Positions 24,371-35,158 of a DNA stretch of 64,000 bases are shown piece by piece. The translations under genes and the position numbers were made by a program. The first letter of the stretch is position 1, and each line of letters opens with the position of its first letter. Under the pieces are notes generated by a model that saw only the letters and a list, made by a program, of their open reading frames with translations, was not told the origin of the DNA and made no database searches. Source of the stretch: Saccostrea cucullata (Eukaryota). The DNA lies in contig NW_026928165.1 in the NCBI RefSeq assembly GCF_032062105.1, forward strand, positions 62,001 through 126,000, read 5' to 3'.

Positions 24371-26328
24371 AATTATAAAGATTAAATAAGAACATTGATA
24401 TAAAACGCATTATAATATCTCCAAACCTGTTTTTCTCTTTTATAGACCCCAATTTCTGTTTTTAATAAACCTCTCCTTCTTTCCGTGTATCCAAAGCCTT
24501 CGCGGCCTGCAACTCGTGGTCATGGTAACAGTATCCGGGTTATTTCTATAAGTAACGTTCAGAGCGGATACGGTGTAAAAATCCCGGGATTTTAAGAGAT
24601 ATTTTAAATCATTTTTGAAAATAAAAAAAATCATTAAAAATAATGATAATCAATTACATTTGTAAATATAATTTACGCAACTGATTGATATTAAAAGTAT
24701 TTGCCTTATAAAAAGTAGGTTGATAGAGTAGCGAAAATTGGTCCCTGTTTCAATTTATATACCTCAATACCTGACTTCCATAGAGAAGTCTACATGATCT
24801 TGTCGAACTTAACTTCCTTTTTGTGCGTGATAATTTTATATGCCCCACCTGCATAGCTCGATTGATTAAAAAGTATGGAACATGCGTCGGTAAATTTTTT
24901 ATATATATACTTGTATACTTTAATACCTTCCTATAAAAAAGGTGTGTCAAATATTTAAAAATTGTTTGTTTATCAAAAACAAATGAATTCTTGAAAATTA
25001 AGGACCTTGAATTAGTTGATTTTGCTTGAAGTTGATAGTGCTATCCTATGATTGATACACACAGTGCACTTTTGTAAACTATTCTATTTACTCTACTTGT
25101 ATGTATGCAAAAAAAAAAAAAATCTCCGTAAAAAAAATAGCATTTCTTAAATATTGTTTGTAATAAAAAAAACAAACAGGTAGAATTTGTGAAAATTAAG
25201 AATCTTGAATGTGATGATTCCTTGATAGTGCTCTCCTTTGATGCATCAATCAGGTACCCCTCTGTGTTGCGTGTTGATAACCAATGAATATAACAAATTA
25301 AGAGTTTATATTTCAATTTTGCAAAATATAATTAATTTTAAATGGCGGTGAAACCAACACCAAACATATTTGTGTGAGTCAAACCTGTCTGGATGTTTTC
25401 TTCCTTGCGTATTTTGCTTTTTCTATCTCCGCTCCTTTACACCGTCCGTACCCTTTCGCGCTCCGTAACTCTTTGTTGACATACGGGATCTACTTCCTTG
25501 GTAACCGATTCTCATTCGGAACATCCTCCGTCATTTTCTTACACAAGATACACAACATTTCCGAGTATTTCCGACTGCCTCCTTCATAGACGAGTTATGC
25601 CTCTTTGTATATGTTTTTTTTATTGGCGGATCTAAACTTGTATATAACAGAGTTACAAAAACAATTCTTACAAAGAATATTTATCTCTGTGATATAAAAA
25701 AAACCCCGGAAAGGGTTGTCAAACGGCATTAATTTAGATAAATTTATAAAAAAAATTTTATTTAAGTTAAACATTGTAGCTTGGGTTTCATTTACTTTAT
25801 TGAGGAGGCCAAACTGCAAATTCGCTTTTACCCGCCCCACCTTTTTAAAAACATCCGTTTCAAAGAGATCTTTGACAGCTACAAAGTAAGATTGATGCAA
25901 AGCAACAAATTGACTGCAAATAAAATTATTAAAAAGCTTTTAAGGGATATTTTCAAGACTGAATCAGGCCAAAAAAAAAAAAAATAAATAAATAAAAAAA
26001 TAAGTAAATAAAAAAGAAAAAAGAAAATAAATAAATAACACTGCATTTTAAACATAAGAAACGGTTAAAACATAAGTATTTCAAAATGTATTTAAAGCTA
26101 ATTAAAAAGCTAATTATGAAAAGAAATATAATTGTACACAAATTGCAAAATAATCAGACCCCATGACCATAAACTTAGGATACACATAAATAAGTCACAA
26201 TACCTAGAATTTTAATAAAAAATGTTGAAATAATTTGATGTTCGAATAATATTTAAATTTAAGCAATGAAAATGTTGTTCTTATTACTAGTACAATCAGG
26301 GACCTATATACTAACGTCCCTGGTACTC

Positions 26329-26943
26329 AATGGCGTAGCATCGTTTTTGAAAGGGGGGATTTTTAACATACCTGAAAACAACTTGACAAGTCCAAAAATT
26401 ATTAATACATGTACATGTAATCGTAAATTCTGTTTGACTTTCATTTTTTAAACCCATATAATTTAATTTCAGTTGTAACACGTCATTTGATTGGTTAAAC
26501 GGTTTTATCCATTTTGTATAACATAACTTGCCTACGTCACAATGAGTTACGTCAAAAACGTATTACTCCGCTGGACGTTAACTTTTAAAATATGCTATAT
26601 TTGAAGCCTTTTTCCGAAGGAAAAAATTGGAAAAATTGTATCATTGTCTACATTGAAATTAAATTATAAGGAATGACGCTTATTTCAACTTTTGTTATAC
26701 GATATAACATAACTTGGGGCAGTTTACGCTTTTTTATAAACCGTAAATTGCCCCAAGTTATGTTATATCGTATAACAAAAGTTGAAATAAGCTTCATTCC
26801 TTAAATATACTTTATTACACTGCAACAAAAATGGGAGAGAGGACAGACTTTCAATGAGAATTTTCTATAGTAAAAAAAAATGATGTCTGGAAAAAAAAAG
26901 TGGGAATGGGCAGCCCCCCCCCCCCCCCGTACTACTTGCCTTG
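26329..26943. mobile_element. Degenerate MITE (family of 57859-58220) carrying a nested palindromic element
   Basis: CAATGGCGTAGCATCGTTTTTGAAAG start and poly-C ...CTACTTGCCTTG end match the 57859 element. Confidence 0.5.
26455..26806. mobile_element. Palindromic (Crypton-like) non-autonomous element
   Basis: ~60-bp near-perfect inverted arms at 26667-26803 (TAAGGAATGA...TCATTCCTTA). Confidence 0.55.
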
Positions 26944-27156
26944 ATATGGAACTGAAAAAATATCCCCTCAATTTTGACTTAAAATCTGGTCTCCTTTATA
27001 ATGGGATTGACTTAGACCAGAAATGGGACGACATTAAAACTCTTCAGTGCGCTGGTTTGTTTATCAAAATAAAATAATTCATGACATCAATCATTTTTTT
27101 CAAGTTAGCCTACACTGTCAAATGTATTTTATAACAACCATTCATATACTATTCTC

Positions 27157-27205
27157 TATTCTCTTTAGAGAAGTGGACAGACTGTCGACTTCTCTAAAGA
27201 GAATA
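27157..27205. repeat. Short palindrome
   Basis: TATTCTCTTTAGAGAAGT..ACTTCTCTAAAGAGAATA. Confidence 0.7.
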
Positions 27206-27304
27206 TAAACGTATATAAATTACTTGTTAAAAATTATTCAAAACAGAAGTACTCTGACCATTGCCTCTCTATGCTATGCTATCCGATTGGACATGAAAAG
27301 GTAG

Positions 27305-27560
27305 TTATCTCGAAAGAATAAGCAATTCAGAATGGCAGTATCTGTCATGGCTTTATTTTGTTTAAGATAGGTTATTACATAATAAATCAATGGTATCAAA
27401 CAATGGACAATGATCAAGTATTATTGCAAGTGTCAATGAGTAAGCGCCGATCCTCAATCTGGCATTTGGCGCCTACGGTTTGCAGAAACGGAGCCATATG
27501 GTGCTGACAACCCTGGAGGGTAAACAGAAGTTGCCAGCGATGGCTTGTTGCAAAATTCTG
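27305..27560 (-). repeat. Ngaro repeat B2 (256 bp; copy B1 at 28045-28300)
   Basis: The two copies appear identical by eye. Confidence 0.92.
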
Positions 27561-27893
27561 TAGTTCGTCGGCATGGATTGCAGCCTGGAAGGATCTCTAA
27601 AGCCATGACGAGGGACGATGTTGCACTGGAATCGGAAATGATAACAGCAGAAACACAGGAGAAAACTAATAATAATTGAATGCACAATATTTATGCCCTA
27701 ACATACCTATGATAAAAATACTATATGTATGCATATCCGCGTACGTAACTGAATAGGGTGATGTATATATGTAAGCAGTTTTTATGGATGACTGGTATAT
27801 GTAAGCAAGTTTTATGGATGATCGGTGTAAAGAAAAAACTGTGTGAATTAGATGAGGAATATTAATCTACATAAAATGGTGGGGGCGGGTGGG

Positions 27894-28300
27894 TGATCAA
27901 AATCGTCGAGCGGAGAGGATGTGTGCGCAAGCGCATTTAAGACTTGGGGCTATTTTGGAAATTTGGTTGAGGACAGGGGAGTTATCGCGCTTAGGCTATT
28001 CTTCTTCGATAACTGGCATTTACCGCACATGGCGGTAAATGCAATTATCTCGAAAGAATAAGCAATTCAGAATGGCAGTATCTGTCATGGCTTTATTTTG
28101 TTTAAGATAGGTTATTACATAATAAATCAATGGTATCAAACAATGGACAATGATCAAGTATTATTGCAAGTGTCAATGAGTAAGCGCCGATCCTCAATCT
28201 GGCATTTGGCGCCTACGGTTTGCAGAAACGGAGCCATATGGTGCTGACAACCCTGGAGGGTAAACAGAAGTTGCCAGCGATGGCTTGTTGCAAAATTCTG
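27894..28300 (-). repeat. Ngaro internal B1-A2 junction
   Basis: A2 (27894-28044) abuts B1 (28045-28300) at GCAA|TTATCT. Confidence 0.92.
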
Positions 28301-28614
28301 CCAAGTGGATTGCTGTGCACGAATTTCGAGACAGCAATCCATCCGCCAACAAGTGGCGGACAATTTGGCAAACAAGACATCATGTCTTATGCAACGCAAT
28401 GATTCTCAAAGCAATACAAAAACAATATGCAGGGTATCATCAATGAATAATGTGGCAAAGCAATATAACACAACATATCAAAGCATCAATCAGCATAACT
28501 GGGGGGAGGGGAGAGGGAAGGATGCAATGCAACTCAGTGCAATTGCGACTACTATCATGAATATGGGATGGTGTGAAGGTGTTTCTTTTACAAGCCATGC
28601 ACAGATACTGTGTT

Positions 28615-29222
28615 TTATGGGAGTGTGGGGAAAACCTTTTCACTTGAAGTCAGAAACTTGGACAATGCCGTTTGAATTGTAGTTGTAAAAATAGAATTTC
28701 CAAGATCTGATAAATGAACACAATCGAGGAATAATTTGGGCTGATCAATTCTAATATCTGGGTAACGAATGAGGGCCCCATTTAACTTTTGCACAACAAA
28801 GCAACCAATGGAATTATTTATTCTTTTTCTAGATTTCTCTGCAGCTTCGCTCGAAATTATGTAACGCCAGTATTTGCGAGGAAGTATATTTGACCATACA
28901 AGAAGAGTGTTTGGTAATTTTTTATGAAGGGAGGCAAATAATGATTTCATGGCTATTTGTAATTTTTTAAGGGACTGAATGCCAATACTGTTGCCACCAC
29001 AGTGAACTATTAGAACTTGAGGAATGATTTCATTATGGCGATTTAACAAACTAGCAATGTGTTGATCAAGTTGCTCCCATTTTAGTCCCCCAGATCCGGA
29101 CCAGGTTACATCTATGTTTAAGTGCTCCAGAGACAAGTTTTGGCCAATTGGTGAACGTGTGCAGTAATCTTCAGCTCGTCTGATGATGGAAGATCCAACA
29201 ATCCATACTTTGCAGCGAGTTC
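28615..29222 (-). CDS. Ngaro SGNH/GDSL-type hydrolase (esterase) ORF
   Basis: VWIVGSS (block I), WSGSGG (II), HCGGN (III), DCVH (V). There is no ATG before block I; the acceptor TTTGCAG ends at 29223. Confidence 0.8.
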
Positions 29223-29258
29223 CTGCAAACTTAGCTTACAGTTAGTAAGACTGACTAT

Positions 29259-30242
29259 CTACAAGACTACAGTATTAGGGCGAACATATGACTTAAAAGC
29301 GTTGGATTTCCATCTACCCATGGTTTTGATTTCTTGCTCTGGAGTACCTTGCATATACAATGAAGTTGCAGCCCCTATGCGAAATGAATGGGATTTGAAT
29401 GTTGATATATCAAGTTTGAGGAATGATAGAGCTTTCTTTAGTATTTGATTGAATTGATAGTAAGTCAAGGGTGAGCCATCCATGTGGCACAGAAACTGTG
29501 ATGTTTGAGTTTGTGATGGTCTATGGGTCGCGTACTCTAGAATGTTGTGGAATAGGACTTGATTGTGCTTTGTACTGTTAATGTGCATTGTTGTGCCCTT
29601 GCCATGCTGATCTGTTTTAGTTTTCCCTAAAGTGATCTGAATGGATGATTGGGATATTGATACATTTTCTATTGATAATGGGGAACTGTGGGTATTTGCC
29701 CTAGTGGTGGTTATTTCACCAACTCGAAGTAAAGCAAAGAATGCGAGCCCATATGCTGAGGAGAACAGTAATTTTTCATAATAATTGCGACACACATGTT
29801 ACAGCGAGTCTATTAACTTGACTAATAGGGGAAATGTTATCGGGCTTCTTGAATCTTTTCTATGTTTTAGTTGTTTAAAGCCATTTAGCATTTTCTTAAC
29901 TATGAAAAATTGGCATGGGTCTGGGAAATTACCAAGTTTTATGTTGAAGCTTAAGCCAGCTAGGTAGGTTTTGGCTGTAGAGTATGTTGTCCCCTTTGAG
30001 GATAGGTAAGCAATATAGTTAATTAATTGGTCTATGGGAGGGGGCCATACTTCTGTTAAGTTAAATTTTTTTCTAAATTGTGCAAATGAGTCAAGACCTT
30101 TCTGGTATATTTCTTGAGTGTTATGAGAGACTGATGCTGAGAGTAGTTGTTCTACTTCCTGCTCAAATGGTTCCAGAATTCCAGAGGAACTTGGCAGGGA
30201 TAATAGTCTGCATGGGGGGCCAGCTTCCTGAACTTTTGCCAC
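29259..30242 (-). pseudogene. Ngaro tyrosine recombinase with one in-frame nonsense codon (TAA 29801-29799)
   Basis: LLRVGE, KTKTDQ, HSFRIGAAT and GRWKSNAFKSY catalytic motifs; DSL*HVCRN reads in one frame. Confidence 0.9.
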
Positions 30243-31742
30243 TGAAAACGAGATATGGCATCAGCTATAGAATTAGAATGACCTGGTACATGTTCGCAGC
30301 GGACTTGGATATTGTATTTTAATATTTTATAAAGAAAAGGCCTGAGGAGGGACATAACTCTTGGTGACTTTGATGTTTTTTGGTTGATTATCTCGACAAC
30401 AGCCATGTTATCAATGTGCAAGATTATTTTTCTGCCTTGTAGTTTGTGGCCCCATATGTATATTGCAAGGGCGACTGGGACTAGCTCCAGATAAGTCAGA
30501 TCTCTACAATCGTGTTGTGACCATTCTGAGGGCCATTGTAGGTAGGACCATTGTGTACCAAATATGACCCCACACCCAAGTGAACCAGAGCTATCAGAGG
30601 ATATGTGAATAGTGTCTTTATCTGACCAGTGAATATCTGGGAATACAGTTGTGCCATTAAAGTCAGACAGGAACTCGAGCCATATATCTACATCTTCGCG
30701 AAGTGCCCTTGAGATAGTGATATAATGGTGTTGTTTGTATCCCTGTGATAGGCTGTCATAAAATCGCCTACAAAAGGCTCTCCCTGCAGGTATTGCCTTA
30801 GAAATAAATGCCAAAGATCCAACTAATGATTGCATTTCTTTAAGAGTAATTTTGCGACGCGAGGCAACGTTTTGAAGTTGGGCTTTAAGGGCGTCGACTT
30901 TATCTTTAGGGACAAATATAGTTTGGGTGATGGTATTAATCCCTAACCCTAGAAATGTTAAACAAGTTGTAGGACCTTCAGTTTTTTCCTCTGACAGAGG
31001 AACGCCGAGCGTTTCACAAGTTATGTCAAATATTTGCATGAGGTTTTTGCACACAAGGGTGTTTGCAGGGCCTGCAAAAAGGAAATCATCAAGGTAGTGT
31101 ACTAATGTGTCAATATTGGCTCGATCTTGAACAATCCAATGGAGGGCTGTTGCAAATTTTTCAAATGTAGCACATGCTATAGAGCAACCGAATGGGAGGC
31201 ACTTATCGAAATAATAGTTGTTAAAATAAAAACCAAGCAAGGAAAAATCCTCGGGGCGAATAGGAAGGAGTCTGAATGCACTAGAAATGTCTTTTTTCCC
31301 CAATAAAGCTCCCTTGCCTAGTTCTTTTATCATTCTTACTGTCGAGTCAAATGATGTATAATGAACGGTGCAGAGATCTGGGTCTATAAAGTCATTAACA
31401 CTATTTCCCTCTGGTGCAGATAAGTTACAAATCATACGCCACCCCCCTTGCTTTTTGGGAACAATGCCTATTGGGCTACACTTGATATTTGACATGGGGA
31501 TATTCTTGAACGGCCCAGCTACTCTACCTAATTTAACCTCTTGATCAATTTTTTTCTTGGAGCTGCTGTGAATTTGTTTGTGCAGATTTCATGTTTTTAG
31601 ATTTTTGATATTCCCGTATACCCGAATAACAAATGTTGAAACCATATTGAAAACCATTGATTAATTCATGAGCAATATGTTGCAAGGGGTAGTCTTTTAG
31701 CATTGATTTTAGGATGTTAACGTTGACTGGGGTTGGGGCCAA
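30152..31742 (-). CDS. Ngaro reverse transcriptase / RNase H; +1 frameshift in an A7 run at 31549-31555
   Basis: APTPVN N-terminus, SPIGIVPKK, LPFGCS, YLDDF; RNase H SDSS..LELVPV..IDNMAV..NSIADAISR. Confidence 0.92.
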
Positions 31743-32772
31743 GTCCCAGAGGCCTTGGTTGGTTTGGGGGGAACCCTCTACTCTGAAATCTGCTTGGGGG
31801 CTGGCGGGGATGTTCGGCTTGGGATGGGCGAAAGTTTTCTGTGCGAAATGCCTGACTGTTGTGCCAGCGGCAGTTTATGAGTGGGTGATTATTGGAGCAT
31901 TTAATGCAAGCATGTTGATAAGTGCAGTATGGTCTTCCGCATGTGCCTTTGTAATTGAAGTCAAAGCATTTTGGCGATTTAGTTGTATAATTTGGGGTTT
32001 GCTGTGATAGAGTGTTGTGGCCATGAGACACATACAAGAGCCATAATTCTGCGTCGACACACCCCCAGTCGAGAGTATGGTTCCTGGAGCGCTTTAGTCT
32101 AAACTGTATGTCATAATTGAGCCAGTTTAAGTTTGATGATCGCTGTGCAGCAGTGCGTATGATGTTAATGTATTTAAGGATTGATTGAATGTGTTCAGGG
32201 AACTTAGTCAAGTAAATGCTGCTGAAAATGAGGAAAGCATTTGTCCATGTTTCAATTGAAGTTATTTTGATTTCTTTATGCTTAGCCTTTAGCACTAATT
32301 CGCCAGCAACAAATGCGAGCTGTTGCTGGGGCTCGTCATTTGGTTTGAGAGGAAGTAATTTATGCAAGTGAATGAATGCATTATCATATATGTTTTGTCT
32401 CAGGTTGTCTGGGACATGGACGCCCAATGCGTCTGAAACGCTACATAATGAATTTGGTGTTGTTGCACTTGAATTAGTTAATGTATTAGTGCTGCCTGAA
32501 GTACCTGTAGATAGCATTGTTGGCGATGCCTCAAACTCTAAGGGGTCAGGGATGTCTATTCCTGAGGAAGTTGTAGGCTGGTTTGATAAGGCTGGAGGTA
32601 TGGCGTCAGGAGTGACCTGGTTCGGTTGAGTCACGGTGCTTGTAGCAGTGGTGACCTGGTTCGGTTGAGTCACGGTGCTTGGAGGCCTGGATGCTTTGGC
32701 CTTTTTGGTGGCAGCTGGAGCTCGGCCGGGCCTGGCATATGGAGACTTTGTAGTCCTTTTTGCACGGAGCAT
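31717..32772 (-). CDS. Ngaro gag-like ORF1
   Basis: SIETWTNAFLIF, WLNYDIQFR and C-terminal CFDFNYKGTC..C..HAC..C...H....C zinc knuckle; overlaps the RT start. Confidence 0.85.
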   Translation of the reverse strand: MLRAKRTTKSPYARPGRAPAATKKAKASRPPSTVTQPNQVTTATSTVTQPNQVTPDAIPPALSNQPTTSSGIDIPDPLEFEASPTMLSTGTSGSTNTLTNSSATTPNSLCSVSDALGVHVPDNLRQNIYDNAFIHLHKLLPLKPNDEPQQQLAFVAGELVLKAKHKEIKITSIETWTNAFLIFSSIYLTKFPEHIQSILKYINIIRTAAQRSSNLNWLNYDIQFRLKRSRNHTLDWGCVDAELWLLYVSHGHNTLSQQTPNYTTKSPKCFDFNYKGTCGRPYCTYQHACIKCSNNHPLINCRWHNSQAFRTENFRPSQAEHPRQPPSRFQSRGFPPNQPRPLGLGPNPSQR

Positions 32773-33207
32773 GTTTCTATAAAACAAACAACTGTGTAAC
32801 TTGTGTTTAACATATACATAATTTATTATTATTATTATTAATTGCTTATATATTTATAAATTTTTACTATTAATGTTTTTTTTTTTTTATTTTTTTATTT
32901 TTTGTTTGAATCTGAGATTGTGAATTATTAACATCGTTTACTAATTATGAATGATCAAATTATATGTAGAGTTAAAGCCCTTTTGTTTAACGTTTGGCAT
33001 GCCGCCATTAACGGATGGTGATGATGAATATTGATCCAGCAAAATCTGCTGACATCTTAAGTGCTGAGGCAAGGGAAACGCCCAATTCGCTTCCAATGCT
33101 CACTAGATGTTTAATACATACCGATGACCGGTGGAACGATACCTGTACAATATAGTAATCCACGTAATGGGTTGCAACTTGGAGGTGATTTTTCTGTTGA
33201 TACTGTC

Positions 33208-33358
33208 TGATCAAAATCGTCGAGCGAAGAGGATGTGTGCGCAAGCGCATTTAAGGCTTGGGGCTATTTTGGAAATTTGGTTGAGGACAGGGGAGTTATC
33301 GCGCTTAGGCTATTCTTCTTCGATAACTGGCATTTACCGCACATGGCGGTAAATGCAA
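33208..33358 (-). repeat. Ngaro repeat A1 (151 bp)
   Basis: Two mismatches to A2; terminal hairpin GCATTTACCGC-ACATG-GCGGTAAATGC. Confidence 0.92.
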
Positions 33359-33974
33359 ATAACTTCTCACAATATAACTCTTTCGTTCCTGGAGGTAATT
33401 TTAGTGTTTATAGGAAAACAAACAGACCTGAGTGCGAAAGGTTAAAAAATGGGTAGTGTATATTCAACATTTTTCATGTTTCTGTTTTGATTAATGTACA
33501 TAACAGTGTGCAGAACATATATATGCGTACATGAGAGGTAATATGGTCATCCATTTTATACTTCGTCGGTAAATATTGGTCGCTAGTCAGAAGCATCACA
33601 AAAATGCGTTGCAAAGATTGTGAAAGAAGAAAAAAAAATCACAATAAGTGATTTCATGCACCTGAGGTATCCACTATGTAGTTTTAAAAATAATATACTA
33701 GTATATAATACAGATAAATGTTGCTATGATGTTCAACTCTTCCAAAGGCAGTAGCTTGTCCCTGACCTTGTTTTGTGTTTGTCTTGTGATGCATCTGCTT
33801 CATACTGTTATATAATCGTACACTGTATAAAAATTACAAGGCATAAAAGATTTCAAGGAGATTTAAAAAAAAAAGCTCCTTTAATGAAATATAAAAGAAA
33901 CACAATTCAATCAGAATTCAATAAAATATTGCACACTAGAATTTGTGAGAAAACGATTCTTATTATGCGGTCTT

Positions 33975-34620
33975 CTGCATAGCAGTGATTAGAGCATTTG
34001 CTCTAAAGTTGCGGAATAAAAAGTTGATCCGCCAATTTTTTGTCGCTCACTTTGGGTATTATTTCTTGTAGTTTATGCTCTCCTTCATTCTTAGAATGGT
34101 ATCCGATTATTAATCATATATTTTACTCAAATTATTGATACTTTATTTACCTTTCAATGGTCCTAAACAATCCTCTGTGGATTTGGGAATGTCGGTTTAA
34201 AAGATTTTCTATGTCCACATCCATGAATGGCCCTTCTTAATTATTAGATATCATTTATAAAGCTGGGGAAAAAATAAATAATAATGAAAAATACATGAAG
34301 TGAGGGACAAAAAATCGGCGGCATAAATCGAAGGTTTTTACAACACATGGATCTGTAGCTCTCTGCTTTATCTGTCGGAATTTTCTCAAGCGAAGAGCTA
34401 CAGTTCTGCAGCTAATCCCCGTGCAGGATGTGCAAACTAGCTCTTCAGATGAGACCATACAAACTGAGATCCTGTGTTGCATTAGGTGCTAGCACAAGAA
34501 AAAAGATCCCTCTTTGCTCATGGTCCTGAGTGCCAGTTTAAATTTGTACCTTTCCACCCTCAACTGGCAATTGTGAATGAAAAAGTCTCAAAGGGGACAT
34601 TAAACAATTAACAAACAAAG
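33975..34620 (+). mobile_element. Old SINE split into head (~33975-34030) and body/tail (~34420-34620)
   Basis: Similar to the 14434 SINE head (GTGATTAGAGCATTTGCTCTA) and body (CAGATGAGACCATACAAAC...GGGACATTAAACAA). Confidence 0.45.
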
Positions 34621-35158
34621 AAACTACATGTAACTTAAATATTATGCATATACTATTGACAAATCATAGTTAATTAGTTACATGTACATAGAGAATGGGG
34701 GACAATATTGCAAGTTGGTAAGAAATTCAACATAACATGAACTCTAGGAAAGCTAGCTCATAGCTGAGACAAGCCTTATATATAATGGTAAAATATTGAG
34801 GGGGGATTCAAAATTGCCTGTCTGTATATTTTGAAATGGATCAACTCTCCATGTGAACAGCTAAGGCATTGTTTATAGATCCTTTCCAGTTTAAACTGTT
34901 TCTACTAAATTGACTTTAAAATTATTTATGATAATTTTAGATTAAGACTTTAGACATGTCAATGTTCCACTTAAAATTTTCAGTAGTATTGAAGCAAAAA
35001 GTTTTTTTTTTCAGAAGCTGTATAATGCAATTGAATTCAACAACTAAGTTCTAACTTTGGAATAATTATTAGATAAGAAAAAAAAGATAAATAAATATGA
35101 CTGTAATTTCAGGTTAAGTTTTGAATTCGAATTCATCATTGGAAAAATTCCAAACATA

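Larger units (their letters stand above)
27305..33358 (-). mobile_element. Ngaro-type DIRS-order (tyrosine recombinase) retrotransposon, full length
   Basis: Split direct repeats A1 33358-33208, B1 28300-28045, A2 28044-27894, B2 27560-27305; ORF order gag, RT/RH, YR, SGNH hydrolase. Confidence 0.95.

Noticed and set aside
25374-25600. GC-richer patch with a 71-aa ORF and a possible - strand donor
   Set aside because: No motif, homology or partner splice site that I can support.
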